This document shows, in pieces, positions 1 through 9,796 of a DNA stretch of 64,000 nt. Positions within the stretch are counted from its first letter, which is position 1, and each line of letters begins with the position of its first letter. The notes below the pieces were generated by a model. It was given only the letters and a program-made list of their open reading frames with translations, searched no databases and was not told the DNA's origin. Source of the stretch: a virus (taxonomy: Duplodnaviria > Caudoviricetes). The translations under genes were made by a program, and so were the position numbers. The stretch spans positions 18,597 to 82,596 of the IMG/VR virus record IMGVR_UViG_3300042673_001351; one strand, given 5' to 3'.

Positions 1-1085
1 GAGGAGTCTGTTGAAGAAACTACTATTTTTAAATGAAAAAATCTTTGTTGGTTAAAATCTGAATACTTGTACTGAGGTATTGAATATCCGTTTTCGCATT
101 GTTCATAAGACACTCCGTCTAGACTTGTATAAACAGAAATTCCAGAGCTACCGTCCCATTGAATTTTTGAAGAATCCATTGATATACCAGAAGGCATAGA
201 TATAATATCTTTTAAAATAACTTCTTTTGTTTCTAATAAATCTGTCTTAGATAATTGAATATATTCTTCTGACCTACCTAGCGTAAGATCCTCTGTTAAA
301 AAATATTGCCAAGATTTATCTTTTGGATAATTATAGGTAAATGATGTTCTCATTCCATTGTCATAAATATTAAAAATTTCTCCATTGTCTGGATACGCAA
401 TCTGTATTGGTAAAGTATTTTGATTACTTAGGTAATGATCTTTAATTTGTTTTTCTGATAAAGAGTATCTATACACTGCTGGATTATCTATTAAAAACTC
501 GTCTGCGCTATTTTGTGTAGGCCCAGACTTTAGTAAGACCTGTGTATTTTCAAAGGGAACGCCAGTTATTGTTTTGCTAATAGCCAAGTTGCCGTCTAAA
601 TATATTGATGCTGAATTTACTGAATATTTGCATACAACATAAATAGACTTATTAGTTTCTGGAACTGTGTACTCTAAAGTTTCGGTGCCAATAACAAATA
701 TAATATTGTTGTTTTGCCAAGCAATTCCAAGATCATTAGACAAATCGATAAAAATTGGAGTAAGGTTTGTAGAAGATATTTTTGGTAAAATCCAACACTC
801 TATAGTAAATTCGTTGTCCGCTGTGTCTAGCGTTCCAAATCCGCCTCCTGCTGCCTGTGCGTAATAATCATTAATGATTTCAAACTCTATATTTGATAAG
901 GAGGTAATTTTTGCTGAGTACTGGCCTCCAGAAACCATTGGCATTATTTTAGTTTGGCTTGGAAGGCTTCCTGTATAAACTCCATTATTACCGCATCCAG
1001 AAATGTCTATTGCTGTGGTAGTGGAATCATCTAGCTCCCAGAATCCAATTGGATGGTCTTTTAGTATTTTATAAGAGTATGACAT
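1..1085 (-). CDS. LamG/concanavalin-A-like virion (tail) protein, runs off window start
   Basis: Hand translation from ATG at 1085: MSYSYKILKDHPIGFWELDDSTTTAIDISGCGNNG..., a typical LamG N-terminus. The same frame reads cleanly where spot-checked at the window start. Confidence 0.7.
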   Translation of the reverse strand, partial: MSYSYKILKDHPIGFWELDDSTTTAIDISGCGNNGVYTGSLPSQTKIMPMVSGGQYSAKITSLSNIEFEIINDYYAQAAGGGFGTLDTADNEFTIECWILPKISSTNLTPIFIDLSNDLGIAWQNNNIIFVIGTETLEYTVPETNKSIYVVCKYSVNSASIYLDGNLAISKTITGVPFENTQVLLKSGPTQNSADEFLIDNPAVYRYSLSEKQIKDHYLSNQNTLPIQIAYPDNGEIFNIYDNGMRTSFTYNYPKDKSWQYFLTEDLTLGRSEEYIQLSKTDLLETKEVILKDIISMPSGISMDSSKIQWDGSSGISVYTSLDGVSYEQCENGYSIPQYKYSDFNQQRFFHLKIVVSSTDS

Positions 1086-1110
1086 TTAAAAATTATACCA
1101 TTGATGTGGT

Positions 1111-1800
1111 TTAGTATCCACCAATGTGGAATGCCTGTCCAGTTAAACTACTTGATCTTGGGTCAAGCAAAAGCTCTACAACATTACATATATCATCAGA
1201 TGTAAAAACTGTGCGGTTAATAATTTGTGGGCCAGCAAATAGCTTAAAAGCCATGTCTGGTATGCCCTCTGTCATTGTTGATTTTATTGGGCCTGGTGAT
1301 ATACAATTTGGTCTAATAGATGTATTTTGTAATTTTTTTGCTAAAGATTTTGTAAATCCATATACTGCATGCTTACTTGCCCCATATATTGAAAAATCAG
1401 TTATTGCATGTGCTGATAGGCTTGCCATATTTATTATTGGAGTATGCTGTTTTTTGTCCATTAATGGCAAAAACGTTTGACAAGAATTCATTGTTCCTAT
1501 TACGTTTGTAGAAAATATTGATTCCATTTCGCTCTGTTCTATTGTTAGCCAGTCTACAAATGGGGTTTCTAGTATTCCAGCACAATTTATTAAAGCTTGT
1601 ACTGTAATATTTTTTTCTTTTAAATCTTCAAATATTGGAGTTAGGGTATTTTTTTGGCTTACGTCTGCTTGATAAGTTTTAAAGGATACATCGTTTTGAG
1701 GCATACCTCTTGATATGCCAATGACATCATATCCATTTTTAGAAAGCCTATTTGCTATTACATTCCCAATTCCCCTGCTTGATCCAGTTACTATAATCAT
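1111..1800 (-). CDS. Short-chain dehydrogenase/reductase (FabG-like)
   Basis: TGSSRGIG Rossmann motif, NCAG, catalytic YGASK, ISPG. Confidence 0.9.
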   Translation of the reverse strand: MIIVTGSSRGIGNVIANRLSKNGYDVIGISRGMPQNDVSFKTYQADVSQKNTLTPIFEDLKEKNITVQALINCAGILETPFVDWLTIEQSEMESIFSTNVIGTMNSCQTFLPLMDKKQHTPIINMASLSAHAITDFSIYGASKHAVYGFTKSLAKKLQNTSIRPNCISPGPIKSTMTEGIPDMAFKLFAGPQIINRTVFTSDDICNVVELLLDPRSSSLTGQAFHIGGY

Positions 1801-2462
1801 TATTCTGTCCCGTCTGAGTAGTATGCGTTTTTTCTATTGTGATACCAGTTTGGCAAGGAATATCTTGTTCCACTTGTTACCGCATCAACTTCGTGAACAT
1901 AAACAAAATTTGATGGGAAAAACAGTAGGCTTCCAGCTTCTGGCTTCATGTCTATTCCGCAATGCGGAAATCTTATGTTGCCACCTTCATAATCGTCATT
2001 TAAATAAAGAAGTGCCGATAAAACTCTGCTGCTTATTCCATGGTCTGAGTGTGCTGGCAGGAATCCGCTTTCTTTATATTTTAGTAGGTGCATTGTTTTT
2101 TCTCTAGATTTAATATTTTTTTCAGCGTATGGATATAATGAAAAATAATGTTTTAGCCCATATTCTAGCCCATTAAAAAGCTGTGAAGATATATCGTGCT
2201 GGTCTTTATAGAAATAATCATTAACATCTATATCTTCTGGCTTTGGTAAAAATTTTTGCCAACAGAATATTGTTTTTTCTTTATTGCCGTGATCATAATC
2301 CCATGCTTGCCAAGGCTTTATTGATTGTGACCTATAGTCTTTTTGTAAGCTTCTTTTTTCTTCTAAAGACTCTATTTTATTAATTAATTCATTAGGCTCT
2401 TTTATAATATTTTTATAATAAACAACCCCCAAAGCCAATTCTTCATATTGCATTATTAGCAC
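1800..2462 (-). CDS. 2OG-Fe(II) oxygenase, prolyl-4-hydroxylase-like
   Basis: HSD...YLNDDYEGG...HEV...RYS facial triad and 2OG-binding Arg. Confidence 0.85.
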   Translation of the reverse strand: MLIMQYEELALGVVYYKNIIKEPNELINKIESLEEKRSLQKDYRSQSIKPWQAWDYDHGNKEKTIFCWQKFLPKPEDIDVNDYFYKDQHDISSQLFNGLEYGLKHYFSLYPYAEKNIKSREKTMHLLKYKESGFLPAHSDHGISSRVLSALLYLNDDYEGGNIRFPHCGIDMKPEAGSLLFFPSNFVYVHEVDAVTSGTRYSLPNWYHNRKNAYYSDGTE

Positions 2463-2998
2463 TCCTTAAAATCTGGGTCTACGAACTCTTGCTTGGTTGA
2501 TTGCATATAGAGGGCTGTATACCTACTACCAGAAGTAATTTCTTTAACCCCATGAATATATTGATAATCATTTCCTGGGAAAAATATAGCAGAATACTTT
2601 TTGGCCTTTAAAGAAAATGCTTGTTTAGGGAAATATATCTCTCCGCCCTCGTACTCGTCATTTAAATAAATTACGGTGCTATATTCTATGAATGGTTCTT
2701 TTTCAATTGCGTCTATGTGAGGACTTCCACTTTGTCCTGGCTGCCACCACGAGCCAAAAGCCTTAGTAACAATTACTTTGTCTTTTAAGTTAAAAAATTC
2801 TTTCTGAATGTGGTTTGCTCTTACTGAATATTTTTTAAGTATATCCATCACCCTATTGTTATATGGGAAAGCAGTTCCGCCGTTTCTATCTTTATAGTAT
2901 TCTGGATATGGGTTTATTTTTGACGGCGATTGCATCTCTTCCATAAGAGAAAATGCATCTTGTTCTGATATAAAATCTTCTACTATTTTTATTAACAT
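2456..2998 (-). CDS. 2OG-Fe(II) oxygenase, prolyl-4-hydroxylase-like
   Basis: HID...YLNDEYEGGE...HGV...RYT. Confidence 0.85.
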   Translation of the reverse strand: MLIKIVEDFISEQDAFSLMEEMQSPSKINPYPEYYKDRNGGTAFPYNNRVMDILKKYSVRANHIQKEFFNLKDKVIVTKAFGSWWQPGQSGSPHIDAIEKEPFIEYSTVIYLNDEYEGGEIYFPKQAFSLKAKKYSAIFFPGNDYQYIHGVKEITSGSRYTALYMQSTKQEFVDPDFKEC

Positions 2999-3813
2999 TA
3001 CCTGATCTCCTTAATCCTATCAAGATATCTTAATCCGCCCATTCTATCTATTTGAGACTGGCCAGTGTCGTAAACAACATCGTTATCTTCAAACGGTAGC
3101 TGAATTAAATTTATATTAAAGTTTTTTTGAATTTCATTTGAATATTTTTCAATAAATTGATTATAGTTATGGGTTAAAGAAAATGGGGTATATTTATCCT
3201 CTACTGAATTTTTATTAATTGATATGTATTCGTCTGGGAAATTATAAATATCTACGCCACTATTAATTAAATCTATTGAAATACTTTCTTCTTCTCCGCA
3301 GTATTTTAAGTGAGTTGGTTGATTTATTATTGCAAAATCTTCAGACAATGCAAATATAAAATTTCTGTCTATATAATTTATTTTATTAAAATTTGCAGAT
3401 GGTACTCTTTCTGGCTCTAGCATGAACCAATTTTTATTTTTTAAGGTAACTGTAGAATTTCCAGATAAAATTGAGTTTTTGTTATTCTTTAAAAATTCAA
3501 CTGCATGGATGTCCCAATCTTTAGCTAATGAAACATCGTCTCCAATTTGCATATAATATTTTTTATTCAGTGACTTAAATGCATCCCGCTTATATTCAAT
3601 TGGGCTTTTAATAGAGTCCCACGTAACATATTTATAAACAATTGATGCATAAAAATCTGGTTGGTCTAGGGATCTAGTTCTGTCTACACTATTTTGATCA
3701 ATAATGTAAAAATATAACATATTTTTTTGACTAGATTTGTCTATAATTTCAGATACAGTTTTAAATAAATTTTTATTTTGATAGCTGTAAATGCATATAC
3801 CAATATTTTCCAT
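2998..3813 (-). CDS. GT-A glycosyltransferase resembling Skp1 hydroxyproline GlcNAc-transferase (Gnt1/GT60-like)
   Basis: IGICIYSYQN...KT...IIDQ, YYMQIGDD...DWD and GEEESIS...GVDIY parallel the family motifs IASYRD, YYLQIDSH...WD and GEE...GYDIY. The DSH motif is altered to GDD. Start refined to MENIG. Confidence 0.65.
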   Translation of the reverse strand: MENIGICIYSYQNKNLFKTVSEIIDKSSQKNMLYFYIIDQNSVDRTRSLDQPDFYASIVYKYVTWDSIKSPIEYKRDAFKSLNKKYYMQIGDDVSLAKDWDIHAVEFLKNNKNSILSGNSTVTLKNKNWFMLEPERVPSANFNKINYIDRNFIFALSEDFAIINQPTHLKYCGEEESISIDLINSGVDIYNFPDEYISINKNSVEDKYTPFSLTHNYNQFIEKYSNEIQKNFNINLIQLPFEDNDVVYDTGQSQIDRMGGLRYLDRIKEIR

Positions 3814-4463
3814 TATTTGAATGGTATCCATTTCATAGATTTACTATTTCTAATCTCTCTAAACGGAATAATATCGTATGCAATTGTTACTCTTGCTTGG
3901 TCTTGTTGCCAATCTCCTCTAGCATGGGGGTAGCCAGTTTCGGAAATAATTGCTCTATTATTTTTATTAACATTTTCAAATAAATCATTATTATTTTTAT
4001 CTAGCTTATAGTATGTTATGGATGGCTCGGCATCTACACAATAGTACCCGTGAAAATGTGGTATGCCAGTTCCTCCAAAATGATCATGAAGTTGCTCTGG
4101 ATTTTTTACTGGATCAACCTTATTCCCGATAGACTTATAGTCAAAATTAAACCAGCCATGTATTACATAGTTTTCAAAATTAAAATCTATTTCATAATAT
4201 TCACATGCTTTTTTTGTAAGATTTTTTAATTCACAATATAGGTTATATATCTCATTGATTGGAAACATAAAAATATTATAATGATTTATTCCAATTTTTG
4301 TTGCTGCGCCTGGTAAATTTTTATATTTATCTAAAACCTCATTAGATAAATTTAAAGAATTTTCTTTAATAATTTCATCGTTTATTTTATATAAATATTT
4401 TGATAGTTCTTGCGTATCATTATTTAAATATGATTCAAAAAATTTTTGTGGTTTATTTAACAT
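3813..4463 (-). CDS. 2OG-Fe(II) oxygenase-like protein
   Basis: GWFN...HDH...FHGYY...H...RVTIAYD; paralog of the adjacent gene. Confidence 0.7.
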   Translation of the reverse strand: MLNKPQKFFESYLNNDTQELSKYLYKINDEIIKENSLNLSNEVLDKYKNLPGAATKIGINHYNIFMFPINEIYNLYCELKNLTKKACEYYEIDFNFENYVIHGWFNFDYKSIGNKVDPVKNPEQLHDHFGGTGIPHFHGYYCVDAEPSITYYKLDKNNNDLFENVNKNNRAIISETGYPHARGDWQQDQARVTIAYDIIPFREIRNSKSMKWIPFK

Positions 4464-5104
4464 ATTGGCATCCAATGTTGTGGATGTGCATTGTTTGCTA
4501 TTAAACTTTTTAATGGAACTATATCGTATGCAATTGTTACTCTAGGGCCTTCCCAGTCCCAAGATCCCATTGCATGTGGATGTCCCATTTCTGATATGAT
4601 AAGCCTGTTGTCTTTATTGTGGTTATCAACTTCTTTACCAAAAACTTTATAATACGTTGTAGATGGCTCTGCTTTTACGCAATAGTATCCGTGAAAATAT
4701 GGAGCATACGGTCCACCGTGATCGTGCCAGTCCAGTTTTCCTTTGTCGTTATAATTAATATTAAACCAGCCTTGAATCATGTATTGTTGTTTTTCAAAAT
4801 CAACTTCATAATACTCACAAGCTTCTTTAACCATTTCTACAAGGTTTTTATATAGCTTATGTATTGATGGATGATAAAATTGAAAAACATTATACTCTCT
4901 CCATTTTATAGTAGATACGCTATCTGATGACAGCCAATGATCTTTTTCTGTAACCTCTGTTATTCCAGACAACTTTAAGTTTTCCATATTAGAATATTGA
5001 TTTTGTAAAAACTCTGCCAATTGACTAAGATCGTTATCTAAATATCTTTCAAAAAATTTATGCTCTTTGCCTGTTGGCTGGTTCATTTGCATATTATTAA
5101 TCAT
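4457..5104 (-). CDS. 2OG-Fe(II) oxygenase-like protein
   Basis: GWFN...WHDH...FHGYY...H...RVTIAYD. Confidence 0.7.
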   Translation of the reverse strand: MINNMQMNQPTGKEHKFFERYLDNDLSQLAEFLQNQYSNMENLKLSGITEVTEKDHWLSSDSVSTIKWREYNVFQFYHPSIHKLYKNLVEMVKEACEYYEVDFEKQQYMIQGWFNINYNDKGKLDWHDHGGPYAPYFHGYYCVKAEPSTTYYKVFGKEVDNHNKDNRLIISEMGHPHAMGSWDWEGPRVTIAYDIVPLKSLIANNAHPQHWMPIC

Positions 5105-5854
5105 TTATTTTCCCTTATACTGTTTACGTTGCCATACTATATTTTTATAATAGGCATAAATTGAAGACCTTCTTTTTTCATCTTTAATTTGATTCATTTC
5201 TTTCCCGTTAACCGAATAATCTATCTCCAAAGCCCAATCTTCTCTTTTAATTGGAATCATCTGAAATAGAGGTGTTCCTTTAGGTATTATACCAATAAAG
5301 TTCCTTTTTAGGAAGAAGGATGTAAATACTGGTGTGTGCCATAAATCGGAGTCTATTATTCCGCTAAGGGTGGTAAATGGCAAATCGTGTCTATTTAATG
5401 GGTGGGTTATTAATAAAGAATATCCTTTTGGTGTTTCCGAATACCAGTTTACTTTCCAACCAAAATGTAATGGGTGATGCTGTGTGGGGACTGGGACGTC
5501 TATCATTAATCTTTTGTCCACTATCATGTTGTGTCCTTCCCAGGAAAGTACTGGAAATCCGTTTTTATCTTGAGTTACATGTAAATCATATTCTAGGGTA
5601 TACATGTAACCAGAAGTTAATGCGTCAAAAAATGGCATGCATAATTTTGTTGAAGCAGCGCTTCCATCGGTTCCTCTATCATTAACTGGGTGCAGCTTGC
5701 TAATGTGATTAGATTTATAAAATCTAGAAAGCTTTTTATACCAATCTGGAAGATGAATTTTAGATTCTTCTGGCTCGACAATTAGTCCGTTGTTTAAGTC
5801 ATCGGGATTAATTGAAAATCCTGGTGTAAATTTAACTATTAATTCTTTTTTCAT
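5105..5854 (-). CDS. Conserved phage protein (DUF6065-like, possible dUTPase-like beta fold)
   Basis: PDWYK...KLCMPFFDA...GY...TPKGYS...HPLN...SGIIDSD...IPKGTPLFQMIPIKREDW. Confidence 0.5.
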   Translation of the reverse strand: MKKELIVKFTPGFSINPDDLNNGLIVEPEESKIHLPDWYKKLSRFYKSNHISKLHPVNDRGTDGSAASTKLCMPFFDALTSGYMYTLEYDLHVTQDKNGFPVLSWEGHNMIVDKRLMIDVPVPTQHHPLHFGWKVNWYSETPKGYSLLITHPLNRHDLPFTTLSGIIDSDLWHTPVFTSFFLKRNFIGIIPKGTPLFQMIPIKREDWALEIDYSVNGKEMNQIKDEKRRSSIYAYYKNIVWQRKQYKGK

Positions 5855-6560
5855 ATTCCCTTATTATTTTTTTAATAGTTTTTTTATCTGCATATACTTC
5901 TATATCAAATAAATACGAACCTCTTTTTATTAACCCGCAAATATTGTCTTCCATATGATTTTTAGAGTTTGTAAAATAAAAATCAACAAAGTTTGCTTCT
6001 TTTATTATAACATTTTCATCTGTTTTTGTAAAAGAATCTTTTTTTTCAATTATTTTTAGTGAAGGATTTTCTATATTGCATTTAATTAAATACTGTATGT
6101 CCATGTCTAAAAACCAAGGAATATAAATTTTAAAAATTCTTTTAGAAATTGCATTTTCATCTACAATATTATATTGATTTTCTGATGGGTAAAATTGACG
6201 TAGCCAGCATTTATCGGTTGCATAAAAAAAACTATTAATTGGATTTGATTTGAATACCCCCCTATGCCCTAGCAACGGATCAGCTGTTTGAATTAATATA
6301 TCCCCGTAGCTATAATATCTAATTGTTAAACTATTTTTAGAATTCTTTATTATCTCTGGCGGGTTAGAAAAATGATGGGCATACATGTTTACTGGTTTTA
6401 GAATTGATTGTTTATAGGCAGGATCAGATTTAACATATTCCCATTCTTTCCACTTTGGAAACAAATTAGAGGTATGACATATTTGTTCAAAAGTCATTGT
6501 TGACATTAGAGACCAAGATTCCGCTTCATAGGGCACTCTATTAACTGTCTTATTGGTCAT
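5832..6560 (-). CDS. Hypothetical protein
   Basis: 242-aa ORF overlapping both neighbours in the operon. Confidence 0.6.
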   Translation of the reverse strand: MTNKTVNRVPYEAESWSLMSTMTFEQICHTSNLFPKWKEWEYVKSDPAYKQSILKPVNMYAHHFSNPPEIIKNSKNSLTIRYYSYGDILIQTADPLLGHRGVFKSNPINSFFYATDKCWLRQFYPSENQYNIVDENAISKRIFKIYIPWFLDMDIQYLIKCNIENPSLKIIEKKDSFTKTDENVIIKEANFVDFYFTNSKNHMEDNICGLIKRGSYLFDIEVYADKKTIKKIIREYEKRINS

Positions 6561-7276
6561 TTATATGTTTTCTTTTTCCAAAATTTCAGTCTATATCCAT
6601 TTTGAAATACTGATCTAACCTGTAAAGTTTTTTCTTTTATTTTAGTATCTGACTGCCTGTCATCGCTTATTGAGCTCTCCCAGTCTTCTCTTTTAAATGG
6701 TATTACTTGAATGATTGGAGTACCTTGTTTAATTATTCCCTTAAATCCTTTTTTAACAAAAAAAGATAGATATCCGTCTGACATATATGCGTCTGTGTCT
6801 ATCACTCCAGGGATAGATCTAATGGGAGAGTCCTCTGCATGCATTGGAGAAGTAAATAAACAACTGTGCCCTTCCTCTGTTTTAACTAACCACATTGGGT
6901 GAATTCTAATAATTTCTTCGTGAAAATAATCTGGGATGGGATATTTAGCCATCTGCTCTTTTAAATGATGTGAAAGAATGTATTCTTTCCGCATTCCCAT
7001 TATCTCAGATGTTACCTGTACTTTTATTTTATCTTCTGTTGCGTCTATAAATATATCCGTTGGGCATCTTAAATAGTATCCAAATGTCATTGAATCAAAT
7101 ATAGATTGACATTTTTTAATTGTTAGCATCATTGTTCCGTTATGAATATTTTGATCGTTATTTAAATAGCTTTCTTGATGCTTCCACCACTCTGGTATGC
7201 TGGACGCAACACTAACTGGCTCTGGGAATGCTTTTTTATATAACCTATACTTTGGAATAAATTCTATTTTAATCAT
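6557..7276 (-). CDS. Conserved phage protein, paralog of 5105-5854
   Basis: PEWWK...KKCQSIFDS...GY...PGVIDTD...IKQGTPIIQVIPFKREDW; start refined to the ATGA overlap. Confidence 0.55.
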   Translation of the reverse strand: MIKIEFIPKYRLYKKAFPEPVSVASSIPEWWKHQESYLNNDQNIHNGTMMLTIKKCQSIFDSMTFGYYLRCPTDIFIDATEDKIKVQVTSEIMGMRKEYILSHHLKEQMAKYPIPDYFHEEIIRIHPMWLVKTEEGHSCLFTSPMHAEDSPIRSIPGVIDTDAYMSDGYLSFFVKKGFKGIIKQGTPIIQVIPFKREDWESSISDDRQSDTKIKEKTLQVRSVFQNGYRLKFWKKKTYK

Positions 7277-7836
7277 GCTAGTGGTATCCATTTTTGATAG
7301 TACTGCCTGTATAGATATTCTAGAGGAGAGATATTAAATGATAGTATTGTTAAACCATTACTTATTTTTTTAAACAATATCTTTGATGATGAATCTAAAA
7401 ATATTAATTGTCCAGGAATTAAATCAATTTTTTCATCATTTATAAAAATTTGATCTTTATTGCAATCTATAACATAAAATCCAACAAATGTAGTTTTATA
7501 ATTAGGGGCAAAATTTAGATATGTGTCTAATGTAATAGTTTCTTTTTTAACTATATTGCCAAGTAAATAAAAATAATTTCTTTCAAAATTAACTCCATTT
7601 TTAATGCAATATTCTTTTGTTAAATCAGATATTTCTTTATATAGAATATGAATGTTTTTGTTATACATTGCAAAAAAGTTAAATGTTTTATAATCAATTA
7701 AAGAAACTTTTTTAGGTTTAAACCCTAGCTTAATTCCTGGATTAAATTTATAAACATATTCGTGCATCTGAGAGATCATTTTATTATACTCGGAAAGCAT
7801 AGTTTTGTTATTAATTGAATTAATATTTTTTATCAT
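7273..7836 (-). CDS. Degenerate 2OG-oxygenase-like paralog lacking the HxD motif
   Basis: FNFF...IHILYKEI...EYC...FVGFY...FNISPL...W.P aligns by eye with 3813/4457, but without the metal ligands. Confidence 0.45.
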   Translation of the reverse strand: MIKNINSINNKTMLSEYNKMISQMHEYVYKFNPGIKLGFKPKKVSLIDYKTFNFFAMYNKNIHILYKEISDLTKEYCIKNGVNFERNYFYLLGNIVKKETITLDTYLNFAPNYKTTFVGFYVIDCNKDQIFINDEKIDLIPGQLIFLDSSSKILFKKISNGLTILSFNISPLEYLYRQYYQKWIPLA

Positions 7837-8467
7837 TTGGCTCCCAAATGCTCATAGAGTGAAATAATGCTGGAAATATCGGATCTTTGTATATGACTAA
7901 TTCTGCTGGCATATTTATTTCAGGAAGTTTCCCAGGTGTCATCCCAACCTTAACTATTTTTTCAATTTTATCTTTGTTTAAATTAAACCTTTTTTTAGTT
8001 GCTGATGCTATGAGGGAGGATCCGCTTAATGCTACGGCCTGTGTCCCTTGTGTATAGCCTGGGCCTAATCTTGGTAAAATGTTAAAAAATGTACACCATA
8101 TTGGATATCCAATTAAAGCTAATGATTCTATGTACTTTTTCTTTCGATGTATTGGGCTAGTATAGAACCTATCTGTTATTGCAGTATAGTGATCTTTATC
8201 ATATCCGTCTATAATTATTGTAGCCCAAGATGCTGGATAATCGTTGTTAATAAAATAAGACATAACAATTGTGCCAGACTCATTATCATCATTTTTATAA
8301 AGACATTCTATAGCTTGAGAATTCCATTTATCGGTAAGCACTGTATATTGTGCCCAAGTACCTTTTATGTATTGTGGATACCTTCTAAATTTAGGTACAG
8401 GTTTACCTTTAAAATACCTAACTCCAGAAATTCCCATTAAGCGTAATTTCTTTACTTTTTTAAACAA
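7820..8467 (-). CDS. Hypothetical protein (weak GNAT-like motif)
   Basis: FYTSPIHRKKK resembles GNAT motif A; otherwise unassigned. Confidence 0.45.
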   Translation of the reverse strand: MFKKVKKLRLMGISGVRYFKGKPVPKFRRYPQYIKGTWAQYTVLTDKWNSQAIECLYKNDDNESGTIVMSYFINNDYPASWATIIIDGYDKDHYTAITDRFYTSPIHRKKKYIESLALIGYPIWCTFFNILPRLGPGYTQGTQAVALSGSSLIASATKKRFNLNKDKIEKIVKVGMTPGKLPEINMPAELVIYKDPIFPALFHSMSIWEPNDKKY

Positions 8468-8482
8468 ATTAATTCCTGACTA

Positions 8483-9772
8483 CTAGGCTTGGTCTTGAGA
8501 ATCTCTCCATTGTTGATACATTGCATCTAGCTTATCGCTAAATGTTTCATCGCTAGAAGTTAATGCGTTTGCATCACTTTTTGCTCTATATGAATCGTGT
8601 ACTAGCGCATTGTCTGTAAAGAATAAGTCGTATGGCTCTACGTCAATTGATATTAGTAACTCTTTTTGTGTAGTTACTTTATAGTCTGTAATTTCTTTCC
8701 AGTCATTTTCGCTTGGTGAAAAAATTAAATCTGTTTCCAATACGCTTGATGATGGTTGGAATTGAATCTGTCCATCTCTTTTTATTAAAATAAAGTGTTG
8801 TAAAGAATATTTATTTCCATTAATAACAATAGCTCCTTCGTCAGAAATTCTTGCTGCCATTGCAACAATGGTAGTTTCGGCTGGGGATATGTTTGCGCTA
8901 TTAACAGACCAATTTTGTAAATATTCTAATATTGCTGTATTTGAAACATCTATTCCCTCGATATTAGCAGAGTATAAAACGTCGCCAACGCTTAGGTTGT
9001 GTGCAAGGATTAATCCTTCTGGCACCTTTGATTTAATAACTGTTTCTGCTCCAACCGATTTTGGAGTAAAGCCAAATGGAGTAAATCCAAACGGAGTAAA
9101 TCCAAACGGAGTAAATCCAAACGGTGTAAATCCAAATGGGGTAAATCCAAATGGGCTAAAACTAAATGGTGTTGTAGTAACTGAGTTTGAATTTCCGCTG
9201 TATGATGAAAAACCATTAGCGTTTTGAGCTCTTACCCTAACGGTTTGAGCTTCATTTCCGTTTTCTGATAGGTTAGCGCTAAATGTACTAGAGTTATATG
9301 ACGTAACATCATTTTCATGATCAATTAATCCATATCCAGTAATGTCTTTTCCACCATTATTTCCTGGGGCTGACCAAGAAACAGAGTTCGTTTCTGCTCC
9401 ATTATTTGAAAGACTTGGAGCGCTTGGTGTTTGTGGAACTGTTGTTGCTGTTATTGAATTACTTGCGTCTGACGGCACAGAATTACCAACTGCGTTTGTA
9501 GCTATAACTGTAAATGTATAACTAGTTCCAGATTGTAAACCTTCTACCGTAATAGGAGAAGAAGATCCAGAAGCAGTATAACTTCCTGGACTTGAGGTAA
9601 CTGTATATGAAGTAGCTGGTGGGGAATCTACGCTCATTGTAAATGGTACAGATGAGGCTCCATTATTAAATGCTCTATCTGTTCCTATATCTGTTGCTGT
9701 TCCGATAATTGGCTTAAATGGCTCTAAAAAGTCATTGGCCGATTGGCTCATTCTACCTGCTTGTTTTGACAT
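8483..9772 (-). CDS. Two FN3 domains + (FGFTP)n repeat + Hint domain + short C-terminal tail
   Basis: FN3 motifs (GLQSGTSYTFTVIATNAVG; VSWSAP...VRAQNANG). Hint: SVGAETVI...LSVGD...YSLQH...ISIDVEPYDLFFTDNALVHD (8594-9058). Confidence 0.8.
   Translation of the reverse strand: MSKQAGRMSQSANDFLEPFKPIIGTATDIGTDRAFNNGASSVPFTMSVDSPPATSYTVTSSPGSYTASGSSSPITVEGLQSGTSYTFTVIATNAVGNSVPSDASNSITATTVPQTPSAPSLSNNGAETNSVSWSAPGNNGGKDITGYGLIDHENDVTSYNSSTFSANLSENGNEAQTVRVRAQNANGFSSYSGNSNSVTTTPFSFSPFGFTPFGFTPFGFTPFGFTPFGFTPFGFTPKSVGAETVIKSKVPEGLILAHNLSVGDVLYSANIEGIDVSNTAILEYLQNWSVNSANISPAETTIVAMAARISDEGAIVINGNKYSLQHFILIKRDGQIQFQPSSSVLETDLIFSPSENDWKEITDYKVTTQKELLISIDVEPYDLFFTDNALVHDSYRAKSDANALTSSDETFSDKLDAMYQQWRDSQDQA
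9062..9166 (-). repeat. Seven 15-bp coding repeats: FSFSP + 6x FGFTP
   Basis: Tandem units that differ mostly at synonymous positions. Confidence 0.95.
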
Positions 9773-9796
9773 ATATAATCTCCTCTATTATTTTCT

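Noticed and set aside
9062-9166. FG-nucleoporin-like repeat
   Set aside because: No hydrophilic spacers, strict 5-residue period and a bacteriophage context.
8868-9227. Plus-strand ORF with (PNGVN)n repeats and minus-strand off-frame (LDLLR)n ORF
   Set aside because: Shadows of the FGFTP repeat; the variation is synonymous in the FGFTP frame.
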